A stretch of 64,000 nucleotides of DNA from an uncultured Clostridia bacterium (GTDB lineage: Bacteria; Bacillota; Clostridia; TANB77; CAG-508): positions 728-64,727 of the forward strand of contig CAKPSX010000004.1 in the NCBI GenBank assembly GCA_934184665.1, read 5' to 3'. Both the position numbers and the translations under genes were made by a program. Each line of letters opens with the position of its first letter. The stretch's first letter is position 1. The notes beneath the pieces were generated by a model. It saw only the letters and a list, made by a program, of their open reading frames with translations, was not told the origin of the DNA and ran no database searches. Of this stretch, positions 46,357 through 55,576 are shown piece after piece.

Positions 46357-47718
46357 ATGGCATTTGAGGGACTATCATCAAGACTACAAGAAATAACAAG
46401 AAAATTTAGAGGAAAAGCAAGAATCACTGAGAGTGACTTGAAAGAAATGCTTAGAGAAGTAAAACTTGCTTTACTAGAAGCGGATGTAAACTATAAAATA
46501 GTAAAAGAATTTATAGCAAACATACAAGAAAAAGCATTAGGCCAAGATGTAATGAAATCATTAACACCAGGTCAACAAGTTATAAAAATAGTAAAAGATG
46601 AATTAATAGAATTACTTGGAGGAACTGAAAGTAAAGTTAATTTTACACCAAACCCACCAACAGTAATAATGTTAGTAGGACTTCAAGGGTCAGGTAAAAC
46701 AACAACAGCAGGAAAGTTAGCTAATCTTTTTAGAAAGCAAGGCAAAAAGCCACTATTAGTTGCATGTGATGTATATAGACCAGCAGCGATTAAACAATTG
46801 CAAGTAATAGGAGCACAGCTAAATATACCAGTATATAGTAATGAAACATCAAAAGATGTAGTACAAATAGCAAACCAAGCTATGAATGTTGCAATATCTA
46901 AATTAAATGATGTAGTAATACTTGATACAGCAGGTAGATTGCACATAGATGATGAATTAATGCAAGAGCTAAAAAATGTAAAGGCAAATATTAAACCACA
47001 TGAAATCTTATTAGTAGTAGACTCAATGACAGGTCAAGATGCTGTAAATATAGCACAAAGCTTTAATGAGGCAGTTGGCATAGATGGAGTAGTATTAACA
47101 AAACTAGATGGAGATACACGTGGTGGTGCAGCACTTTCAGTAAAGAAAGTTACAGGTAAGCCGATTAAATTTGCGGCAACTGGTGAAAAATTAAGTGATA
47201 TTGAAGTATTTAATCCTGAGAGAATGACATCAAGAATACTTGGCATGGGTGATGTGTTATCAATAATCGAAAAAGCAGAAGAAACAATGTCTTTAGAAGA
47301 GGCAGAAAAAATCGAGAAACAATTAAAGAAAAAAGAATTGGATTTAGACGATTATTTAACACAGATTAGACAAGTAAAAAAGATGGGTTCATTTTCATCA
47401 ATATTAAAATTGATACCAGGAATGAATAATAAAATAAAAGACATAGATGTGAATGACAAAGAATTTGACAAAATTGAAGCAATAATATGCTCAATGACAA
47501 AACAAGAAAAAAGAAATGTGAAATTACTTAATGCAAGTAGAAGACAAAGAATTGCAAAAGGTAGTGGAACAACAGTGCAAGATATCAATAAATTCATAAA
47601 ATCATTTGAAATGACTCAAAAAATGGTTAAACAAATGAAGTCAACAAAAGGTGGAATGAAGAAAATGTTAAAGAACTTTAATATGGATATTGATATAGAT
47701 GACTTGCAAGATTCTTAA
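46357..47718 (+). CDS. ffh: Signal recognition particle protein Ffh
   Basis: GAGAGGAG RBS precedes the ATG at 46357. GLQGSGKTTTAGKL, DTAGR and TKLDGDTRGGAALS motifs, plus a Met-rich M domain. Confidence 0.95.
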   Translation: MAFEGLSSRLQEITRKFRGKARITESDLKEMLREVKLALLEADVNYKIVKEFIANIQEKALGQDVMKSLTPGQQVIKIVKDELIELLGGTESKVNFTPNPPTVIMLVGLQGSGKTTTAGKLANLFRKQGKKPLLVACDVYRPAAIKQLQVIGAQLNIPVYSNETSKDVVQIANQAMNVAISKLNDVVILDTAGRLHIDDELMQELKNVKANIKPHEILLVVDSMTGQDAVNIAQSFNEAVGIDGVVLTKLDGDTRGGAALSVKKVTGKPIKFAATGEKLSDIEVFNPERMTSRILGMGDVLSIIEKAEETMSLEEAEKIEKQLKKKELDLDDYLTQIRQVKKMGSFSSILKLIPGMNNKIKDIDVNDKEFDKIEAIICSMTKQEKRNVKLLNASRRQRIAKGSGTTVQDINKFIKSFEMTQKMVKQMKSTKGGMKKMLKNFNMDIDIDDLQDS

Positions 47719-47766
47719 TATAGTTATTAAATTTTAAACTTATATATTATTTAGGAGGTGACTAAC

Positions 47767-48000
47767 ATGGTAAAAATAAGATTACAAAGAGAAGGAAAGA
47801 AAAGAGCTCCATTCTATCATATAGTTGTAGCTGATTCTAAATCTCCAAGAGATGGAAAAATCATCGAAAAAATAGGAACATATGACCCAATGACAAAACC
47901 ATCAACAGTAGTTCTAAACAAAGAAAAATTAGAACAATGGATAAAAAATGGTGCACAACCAACTGATACTGTAAAAGCACTAATAAACAATGTAAAATAA
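47767..48000 (+). CDS. rpsP: 30S ribosomal protein S16
   Basis: TAGGAGGTG RBS precedes the ATG at 47767. Protein begins [24 protein letters not shown]. Confidence 0.95.
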   Translation: MVKIRLQREGKKRAPFYHIVVADSKSPRDGKIIEKIGTYDPMTKPSTVVLNKEKLEQWIKNGAQPTDTVKALINNVK

Positions 48001-48040
48001 TTATCTTTTAGAAAAAAGTGCATAAGAAGGGGAAAACCAA

Positions 48041-48271
48041 ATGAAAGAAATATTAGAAACAATAATCAAAAATCTAGTAGATAACCCTGAGGCTGTCACA
48101 ATAAATGAAGTCGAAGGAGAAAAAAACATTATCTTTGAAGTTAAAGTCGCTGAAGGAGATATGGGCAAAATAATTGGTAGACAAGGTAAAATTGCTCAAT
48201 CTATAAGAACAGTAATTAGAGCTATTGCAAATAGAAAAGATAAAAGAGTTACAGTAGAATTTATTGGATAA
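48041..48271 (+). CDS. KH-domain RNA-binding protein (YlqC-like)
   Basis: GKIIGRQGKIAQSIRTV (GxxG KH motif). It sits in the conserved slot between rpsP and rimM. Confidence 0.8.
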   Translation: MKEILETIIKNLVDNPEAVTINEVEGEKNIIFEVKVAEGDMGKIIGRQGKIAQSIRTVIRAIANRKDKRVTVEFIG

Positions 48272-48792
48272 TGGAGACTAATATGCAAAAAAGATTAGAA
48301 GTTGGTCAAGTCGTAAATATATTTGGAATAAAAGGAGAAGTTAAAGTAACACCTTTTACAGATGATATAAGAAGGTTTGACGAATTAAAAAAAGTATATG
48401 TAAAAATCAAAGGTGAATCAAAACAATATCAAATAGAAAATGTTAAATATCATAAAAATATGGTATTATTAAAATTCAAAGGTATAGATAAAATAGAAGA
48501 TGCAGAAAAGCTTAGAAATGCATTTCTTGAAATAGATAGAGAAGATGCAATTCCTTTGGAAGAAGGAACATATTTTATAGCTGACTTAATCGGACTAGAA
48601 GTTTATACTGATGAAGGGAATATATTAGGTAAGGTTGAAGATGTATATAACACAGGTGGTAAAGACATATATGTAGTAAAAGATGAACTAGGTAAACAAA
48701 TATTGTTACCAGGAATTGATGAAGTAATAAAAGAAGTTAATTTAGAAGATTCTAAAATAATTGTTCATCTAATACCAGGTTTAGTAAATTAG
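48271..48792 (+). CDS. rimM: 16S rRNA processing protein RimM
   Basis: VGQVVNIFGIKGEVKV and a PRC-barrel C-terminus. The start overlaps the stop of the KH gene. Confidence 0.9.
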   Translation: METNMQKRLEVGQVVNIFGIKGEVKVTPFTDDIRRFDELKKVYVKIKGESKQYQIENVKYHKNMVLLKFKGIDKIEDAEKLRNAFLEIDREDAIPLEEGTYFIADLIGLEVYTDEGNILGKVEDVYNTGGKDIYVVKDELGKQILLPGIDEVIKEVNLEDSKIIVHLIPGLVN

Positions 48793-48803
48793 GAGAGTTT
48801 TAA

Positions 48804-49514
48804 ATGAAGTTTGATGTACTAACACTATTTCCAGAAATGTTTGAAGCTATAAAGCAAAGCATAATTGGAAAAGCAGCAGAAAAAAATCTAATAAATATAA
48901 ATTTAATAAACATTAGAGATTTTTCTAAGAACAAACACAAAAAAGTTGATGACACTCCTTATGGTGGTGGTGCAGGCATGGTAATGCAAGCAGACGTAGT
49001 ATATGATGCATATAAATCAATAAAAGATGAAAATGCAAAAGTAATATATTTAACACCACAAGGAAAAGTATTAAACCAGAAAAAAGTAGAAGAATTAAGC
49101 AAAGAAGAACATCTTATTCTATTATGTGGACATTATGAAGGAATAGACCAAAGAGTATTAGATAAAATAGTTGATGAGGAAATATCTATTGGAGATTATG
49201 TATTAACAGGTGGGGAAATACCCGCAATGGTGCTAATAGATAGTGTTAGTAGATATGTAGAAGGGGTGCTAAGTGAAGATTCGATTTCAGAAGAATCATT
49301 TTCACAAGGAATACTTGAATATCCTCAATATACTAGACCAGAAATATTTGAAGGAATGAAAGTTCCAGAAATACTACAATCAGGTCATCATGAAAATATA
49401 AAAAAATGGAGAAGATGTGAGGCTTTAAAAAACACATATAATAAAAGACCAGAGCTTTTAGAAAATGTAGAATTGTCAGAACAAGACAAGAAATATTTAG
49501 AAAAAATAAAATAG
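48804..49514 (+). CDS. trmD: tRNA (guanine37-N1)-methyltransferase
   Basis: FDVLTLFPEMF, DDTPYGGGAGMV and SIGDYVLTGGE motifs. Confidence 0.95.
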   Translation: MKFDVLTLFPEMFEAIKQSIIGKAAEKNLININLINIRDFSKNKHKKVDDTPYGGGAGMVMQADVVYDAYKSIKDENAKVIYLTPQGKVLNQKKVEELSKEEHLILLCGHYEGIDQRVLDKIVDEEISIGDYVLTGGEIPAMVLIDSVSRYVEGVLSEDSISEESFSQGILEYPQYTRPEIFEGMKVPEILQSGHHENIKKWRRCEALKNTYNKRPELLENVELSEQDKKYLEKIK

Positions 49515-49570
49515 GTGTAAAGTACTAATAAAAGTACCGCTTACATAAAGAAAGAAGGAGGTAAATACTA

Positions 49571-50137
49571 ATGGATATCATAAAATCAATAGAACATGAA
49601 CAATTAAAAAACAAGATTCCTGATTTAAAAGTAGGAAACACAGTTAGAGTACATGTTAAAATTAAAGAAGGAAACAAAGAAAGAATCCAAGTATTTGAAG
49701 GAATTATAATTAAAAAACAAGGTGGAGGAGTAAACAGCACATTTACAGTAAGAAAAATATCTTATGGTGTTGGTGTAGAAAAAACATTCTTAATTCATTC
49801 ACCATTAGTAGAAAAAGTTGAAGTAGTTAGAGTTGGTAAAGCTAGAAGAGCTAAACTATACTATCTAAGAGAAAGAACAGGTAAAGCTTCTAAAACTAAA
49901 GAAATGGTTGGAGCAAGAATTGAAAATAAAGAAATTGTTATCAAACCAGAATTAACTGAAGAACCAGTTAAAGAAGAAGTAGAAAAAGTTGAAGAAGTAG
50001 TAAGCAAAGAAGTTGCTCCAGAAGCACCAGTTGAAACAGTTTCAGCTGAAACAGCTGAAAAAACAGCAGAAGTTGTTGAAACAGAAGCTAAAGTTGAAAA
50101 AGCTGAAAAAGAAGCAACAGCAGAAAAAGCAGAATAA
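49571..50137 (+). CDS. rplS: 50S ribosomal protein L19 with a C-terminal acidic extension of about 70 aa
   Basis: The L19 core spans [23 protein letters not shown] to [13 protein letters not shown], about 115 aa. The frame then continues with an E/K/V/A/T-rich tail to 188 aa. Confidence 0.9.
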   Translation: MDIIKSIEHEQLKNKIPDLKVGNTVRVHVKIKEGNKERIQVFEGIIIKKQGGGVNSTFTVRKISYGVGVEKTFLIHSPLVEKVEVVRVGKARRAKLYYLRERTGKASKTKEMVGARIENKEIVIKPELTEEPVKEEVEKVEEVVSKEVAPEAPVETVSAETAEKTAEVVETEAKVEKAEKEATAEKAE

Positions 50138-50276
50138 CTTGTTCACAAACAGTGTAGAGATTTTGGTACAAATATAAAATTTCAACTGAATAAAGAATGT
50201 AAAAATGAATAGTGAGCTAGAAATAACATTTTTTGGTTCACTATTTTTTCGCGGAAGTAAGGAGAGAAGATAACAT

Positions 50277-52103
50277 ATGAATTTAAAGAACGATAGAGGA
50301 ATAGCAGGTGTAGATATAGCGGTTTCACTTGTAATATTACTAATATTTGTATCGCTAATAGCAGGATTGTTCTATAATATATCAAATACATCAAAAAAAT
50401 TAGATAAGAAAACAGAAGCTACAAACTTAGCGATAAACACAATAGAAAAAATGAAGTCAATGAATTTTGAAGAACTAGAAGTAACTGGTGATGAAGAAAC
50501 AAGAAAACCATTGAGTGAATGTAGTATAGCTAATAAAGATGAAATATCAATACCAAAAGGATATGATGTGGAAGTTTCTGTAGAAAAATCTGCAGATAAT
50601 GATAATGAAAAAATAGTAAGGGTATATGTAACATATAAAGAGAAAAATCAGGAACAAGAAGTAAAATTAGAAACATTAATAAAATTAGCAGATAAATCAG
50701 ATAATACAGATGTACCTATACCAAATGGATTTGTTGTATCAAAGGCAACAGGGGAATATGACAAAGACAAGGGATTGGTTATATATGAAGGAACAGATGA
50801 TGTTACAGATGAAAATGTAGAAGAGGCCAAGAAAACAAGAAACCAATATGTATGGATACCTGTAACAGATTATGAAACAAAAGATTATGACGAAACAGGA
50901 AAAACATATACAGAAGATATAGATGAGGCTTCTGTAGAAGAGAAAAAAAACATAGAAGAAAGCATAAAAAAATATGGTGGATATTTTATAAGTAGATATG
51001 AAATGGGCGAAAAAGATGGAAAAGCAGTATCTATGCAAGGTTATGAACCAAAAACAAATATAACAGCAGAACAAGCAATATCAAATTCAAGAAATGTATA
51101 TGATGAAAGCAGAAATCTTGAGGTAATTTCGACACCAGTATATGGCAAACAATGGGATACAGCAATAGAATGGCTAAAAGGAATTTATCAGTTTGAAAAT
51201 GGAGCTGAATATGGTAATTACAGTGATTTTAATAGAAGCAATGCAGGAATAAAATTATCAGAAATATTATTCAATAATAAATACAATTTTAATAAAAGCA
51301 GATATTTTAATATTAACAAAAACAATGCAAAAATTAATTTAACAAATGTTGCATTTGGAATGACAGGTGTTGATATAAGTACATATTTTGATAATACATC
51401 AGCAATAGTGCCATCATATGAAAATACAATAACTTCTACATTAAAAGTAGAAGTAAATAAACCAGAAACAGGTGGTGCATATATTGCTATAAGAGAGTCA
51501 GATAAATATAATTATATAAAATCAATAAACTATAATTTTGAACAAAAAGATTCATGGGTAAAGCAAGGCGAATATTGGTATTATAAAAATGTGGTTGAAA
51601 AAGGTGATATAATAAGTATTCCAATAGAAATCACAAATAATGTTAATAATACTAAAAATGTTCAAGAAACAGAAATTGATTTTGAAGTTGCGGCAATTCA
51701 AGCACGTAATATAGAAGTAGACTTTGATGACGAATTACCATGGGGAATTGAAATGTCTGAAAATAAAAATGATAATAAGATAAATGCTGTCTCTGATATA
51801 ATTGTAAAATCTGATTTAATGTTGGCATATGCAACAGATTTAAAATCAGCAACATATGAGCATTCAATAAAACCAAATACTAAAAAAGTAACAGGTTATA
51901 GCGATTCGTGGAAAATAAATAATATATATGACTTGGCAGGAAATGTTGCAGAAATTACAGCAGAAAAAACGGGAAGCAATTATATAATTAGAGGTGGAAA
52001 ATATTATTATTTAGGAAAAAATGAAATTGCAAAAAGGGAAGAAATATCAACAAGCACTTCAAATAGTGACATAGGATATAGAATCGCATTGTATGTAAAA
52101 TAG
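50277..52103 (+). CDS. Hypothetical secreted/anchored protein: prepilin-like N-terminus plus a degenerate FGE/SUMF1-like domain with a large insertion
   Basis: The N-terminus MNLKNDRG|IAGVDIAVSLVILLIFVSLIAGLF resembles a class-III signal. FGE-sulfatase-like blocks are YVWIPV, GGYFISRYEMG, GKQWDTAIEWL and AGNVAEITAE...IRGGKYY. Confidence 0.5.
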   Translation: MNLKNDRGIAGVDIAVSLVILLIFVSLIAGLFYNISNTSKKLDKKTEATNLAINTIEKMKSMNFEELEVTGDEETRKPLSECSIANKDEISIPKGYDVEVSVEKSADNDNEKIVRVYVTYKEKNQEQEVKLETLIKLADKSDNTDVPIPNGFVVSKATGEYDKDKGLVIYEGTDDVTDENVEEAKKTRNQYVWIPVTDYETKDYDETGKTYTEDIDEASVEEKKNIEESIKKYGGYFISRYEMGEKDGKAVSMQGYEPKTNITAEQAISNSRNVYDESRNLEVISTPVYGKQWDTAIEWLKGIYQFENGAEYGNYSDFNRSNAGIKLSEILFNNKYNFNKSRYFNINKNNAKINLTNVAFGMTGVDISTYFDNTSAIVPSYENTITSTLKVEVNKPETGGAYIAIRESDKYNYIKSINYNFEQKDSWVKQGEYWYYKNVVEKGDIISIPIEITNNVNNTKNVQETEIDFEVAAIQARNIEVDFDDELPWGIEMSENKNDNKINAVSDIIVKSDLMLAYATDLKSATYEHSIKPNTKKVTGYSDSWKINNIYDLAGNVAEITAEKTGSNYIIRGGKYYYLGKNEIAKREEISTSTSNSDIGYRIALYVK

Positions 52104-52215
52104 TTATAGATAAAAAAGTACAATAAATTGAAAAATTCAAAATTAAAAATTATACAAAATTGTATTGATATTATTTGAAAATTGGGATAAAATAAAGAAC
52201 ATACGGAGGAAGAAA

Positions 52216-54606
52216 ATGAAAGATAAAAAAGAATTAAGTTATAGAGACTTAAAAATGATATGTGATACAAAAGTATTTGATTTTGAAACAACTCAAGAGC
52301 TTGAAGAAATAAATGATGGAATAGGACAAGAAAGAGGAATAAAAGCATTAGAGTTTGGTGTAAATGTTGAAGTAAAAGGAAATAACATTTATATTGAAGG
52401 ACCAAGTGGTGTTGGTAAAACAATGTATGCAAAACACTACTTAGATGAAATTTCTAAAAAGAAAAAGACTCCAAATGATTGGTGTTATATATATAATTTT
52501 CAAAATCCTAATGAGCCAGTTGCTGTATCTTTGCCAGCAGGACAAGGAAAAGAATTTAAAGAAAGCATGGATGGATTTATTAAAGAAGTAAAAAAAGATA
52601 TAAAAAAGACTTTTAATGCAGAAGATTTTGAAAAAGAAAAAAGCCTTATCAGAAAAGAATTTGAAGAAAAAAGAGAAGTTTTAATGAATAAACTAAATGA
52701 TGATTCATTAAAACATGGATTTCATGTAAAATCCGCACAAAATGGAATATACATGATGCCAGTAATAGACGGGAAAATTATAGCAGAAGAAGAATTCGAA
52801 AAATTAGATGAAGAAATAAAACAACAATATGAAGAAAGATCTGTAATAGTACAACAACAAATAATGGAAGCAATAAGCCAAATAAAACAAATTGAAAGGC
52901 AATCTGATCAAAAAGTATCTGAGTGGCAATCAAATGTTGCTCTATTAACAGTAAATGCACATATAAATTTTATAAAATCTAAATATAAAAGAAACAAAAA
53001 AATTAACCAATTTTTGAATGATGTGAAACAAGATGTATTAAAAAATGTGCCATACTTTTTAGAAGAGGACAAAGAAGTTAAAAATCAACAACAACAACCG
53101 GCTCAGATGCAAAGAAGAATAGACCCTTGTTTGAATTATCGTGTAAATTTATTTGTTGATAATAGTAATAAAGAAGGTTGCCCAGTAATAATGGATTCAA
53201 ACTATTCATTCCATAACTTATTTGGAAAATTAGAATATGAAAATTATTATGGTGCATTAAAAACAGATTTTACTATGTTAAAACCAGGGTTAATGCATAA
53301 AGCCAATGGAGGCTATATAATATTTCAAGCAAAAGATTTATTATCAAACCCAATATGTTATGAAGAATTAAAAAGAGTGTTGAGAATTAAAGAATTAAGC
53401 ATAGATAATACAACAGAACAAAGAACTTCAATGGCAATGATATCTTTAAAACCAGAGCCTATACCATTAGATATAAAAGTTATAATAGTTGGAAATGGAA
53501 ATGTTTATCACACATTATTAACAATGGATTCAGATTTTAGAAAATTATTTAAAATAAAGGTAGAGTTTGAAGAAACAGCACCAATAAATCCAGAAAATGT
53601 TAATAAATTAGCAAGATTCGTACACACATTTTGTGAACAAGAAGGATTGCTACATTTAGATAAATGTGCTATGGCAAGAATGGTAGAATATGCTTCAAAA
53701 TTAGCAGGAGATAATGAAAAAATCTCAACAAGATTTAGTGATTTATCACAAATAATTGGAGAAGCATCAACATGGGCAAAACTTGCAAAATCTAAAGTTG
53801 TAACAGAAGAATTTATAAACAAGGCATTAGCTGAAAGAACTGAAAGAATAAAAAAATATGATGAGAAATATCTAGAAATGATAAAAGAAAATACACTATT
53901 GATAAACACAAAAGGTGCATATGTTGGTGAAATAAACGGACTTACTGTAATGTCAATAGGAGATTATACTTTTGGCAAACCAGTAAAAATTACTGTAAAC
54001 ACCTATACAGGTAAAGGTGGAATAGTAAATATAGAAAGAGAAGTTGAGCTTTCTGGTTCAACACATTCAAAAGGCGTATATATTTTATCAGGATATTTGG
54101 GAGAATTGTTTGCACAAGATATTCCATTATGTTTAACAGCAAGTATATGTTTTGAACAATTATATAATGGCGTTGATGGTGATAGTGCTTCAAGTACAGA
54201 ACTATATGGGTTATTATCAAGTTTATCAGAAATACCAATAAAACAATCAATAGCAGTAACAGGTTCAGTAAATCAAAAAGGTCAGATACAACCAATAGGT
54301 GGTGTAAACGAAAAAATTGAGGGCTTTTTCCAGATATGTAAAATGAGAGGGCTAGATGGTTCTCATGGTGTAATGATACCAATTCAAAATATAAATAATT
54401 TGCAGTTGTCTGATGAAGTTGTTGATGCAGTTAAAAATAAATTATTCCATGTATATGCAGTATCAACAATTGATGAAGGAATAGAAGTATTAACAGGTGT
54501 TCCAGCAGGAAAGAAAGATAAAGAAGGTAGATTTCCATTAGGTACTATAAATTATTTGGTACACGAAAAATTAAAGAAATATGCAAAAATAAGTGAGAAT
54601 AAATAG
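52216..54606 (+). CDS. Lon-like ATP-dependent protease, LonB/COG1067-type (AAA+ domain plus Lon protease domain)
   Basis: GGAGGAAG RBS precedes the ATG at 52216. Walker A is GPSGVGKT. The C-terminal Lon Ser-Lys dyad region is DGDSASSTELYGLLSSL...GGVNEKIEGFF. Confidence 0.8.
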   Translation: MKDKKELSYRDLKMICDTKVFDFETTQELEEINDGIGQERGIKALEFGVNVEVKGNNIYIEGPSGVGKTMYAKHYLDEISKKKKTPNDWCYIYNFQNPNEPVAVSLPAGQGKEFKESMDGFIKEVKKDIKKTFNAEDFEKEKSLIRKEFEEKREVLMNKLNDDSLKHGFHVKSAQNGIYMMPVIDGKIIAEEEFEKLDEEIKQQYEERSVIVQQQIMEAISQIKQIERQSDQKVSEWQSNVALLTVNAHINFIKSKYKRNKKINQFLNDVKQDVLKNVPYFLEEDKEVKNQQQQPAQMQRRIDPCLNYRVNLFVDNSNKEGCPVIMDSNYSFHNLFGKLEYENYYGALKTDFTMLKPGLMHKANGGYIIFQAKDLLSNPICYEELKRVLRIKELSIDNTTEQRTSMAMISLKPEPIPLDIKVIIVGNGNVYHTLLTMDSDFRKLFKIKVEFEETAPINPENVNKLARFVHTFCEQEGLLHLDKCAMARMVEYASKLAGDNEKISTRFSDLSQIIGEASTWAKLAKSKVVTEEFINKALAERTERIKKYDEKYLEMIKENTLLINTKGAYVGEINGLTVMSIGDYTFGKPVKITVNTYTGKGGIVNIEREVELSGSTHSKGVYILSGYLGELFAQDIPLCLTASICFEQLYNGVDGDSASSTELYGLLSSLSEIPIKQSIAVTGSVNQKGQIQPIGGVNEKIEGFFQICKMRGLDGSHGVMIPIQNINNLQLSDEVVDAVKNKLFHVYAVSTIDEGIEVLTGVPAGKKDKEGRFPLGTINYLVHEKLKKYAKISENK

Positions 54607-54630
54607 AGGCACAAGTTAGGTGCCTCTTTA
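54605..54630 (+). terminator. Terminator-like hairpin
   Basis: agaggcac-aagttag-gtgcctct followed by tt. Confidence 0.5.
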
Positions 54631-54677
54631 AAAATTTTAAAGAATGGTGTATAATGTAATATGGGAGAGATGAAAAG

Positions 54678-55544
54678 ATGAAAGAGCAAAAATATGAAAT
54701 AAAAAACATAAAATCTTTTGAACTTGCAGATATATTTGATTGTGGTCAATGCTTTAGATGGAATAAACAAGAAGATGGAAGTTATACAGGAATATTTAAG
54801 GGAAATGTAATGAATGTACAAAAACAAGGCGATACAGTGATATTTAAAGGGATGTGTACAGGAGATATAAAAGAGATTGTTGAAGAATATTTTGACTTAA
54901 ATAGAGATTATGAAAAATTAAAAGAAGAGCTATCAAAAATAGATAATAATATAAAAGTAAGTATAGAATATGGAAAAGGAATAAGAATACTAAATCAGGA
55001 TTTATGGGAAATGATAATATCATATATAATTTCTGCAAATAACAATATTCCAAGAATAAAAGGAATAATAGAAAGAATGTCAAAAAAATATGGGAAAGAA
55101 ATTGAGTGGAATGGAGAAAAATATTATACATTTCCAACAATTGAAGAACTAAAAGATGTAACAGTAGAAGACTACAGAAATTTAGGCACAGGTTTTAGAG
55201 ATATTAGATTATATGAAACAGTACAAATGATTTCTGATGGGAAAATAAAACTTGATGAACTACAAAAAAATCCTGATACTCATGAAGTTAGAGAGCAATT
55301 ACTTACACTTTCTGGAGTAGGACCAAAAGTTGCAGATTGTATTTTATTATTTTCTACACTTAAAAGGTTTGAAGTTTTTCCAATTGACGTTTGGGTAAGA
55401 AGAGTAATGAATGAATTGTATATAAAAAATGAAGATGAAACAAAAGTTAATAAAAAAGAAATTGAAAAAATTGCACAAGACAAGTTTGGAAATTTAGCAG
55501 GTCTTGCACAACAATATCTATTTTATTGGAAAAGAGAAGCATAA
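54678..55544 (+). CDS. ogg: 8-oxoguanine DNA glycosylase/AP lyase (OGG1-type HhH-GPD)
   Basis: N-terminal FDCGQCFRW (OGG_N-like), the HhH LTLSGVGPKVADCILLF, and the catalytic Asp region FPIDVWV. Confidence 0.8.
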   Translation: MKEQKYEIKNIKSFELADIFDCGQCFRWNKQEDGSYTGIFKGNVMNVQKQGDTVIFKGMCTGDIKEIVEEYFDLNRDYEKLKEELSKIDNNIKVSIEYGKGIRILNQDLWEMIISYIISANNNIPRIKGIIERMSKKYGKEIEWNGEKYYTFPTIEELKDVTVEDYRNLGTGFRDIRLYETVQMISDGKIKLDELQKNPDTHEVREQLLTLSGVGPKVADCILLFSTLKRFEVFPIDVWVRRVMNELYIKNEDETKVNKKEIEKIAQDKFGNLAGLAQQYLFYWKREA

Positions 55545-55570
55545 AAGTCGGGTCATATGACTCGACTTTT
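55543..55570. terminator. Bidirectional terminator between ogg and leuS
   Basis: aaaagtcgggtcat/atgactcgactttt palindrome with flanking A- and T-runs. Confidence 0.75.
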
Positions 55571-55576
55571 AAGTTA

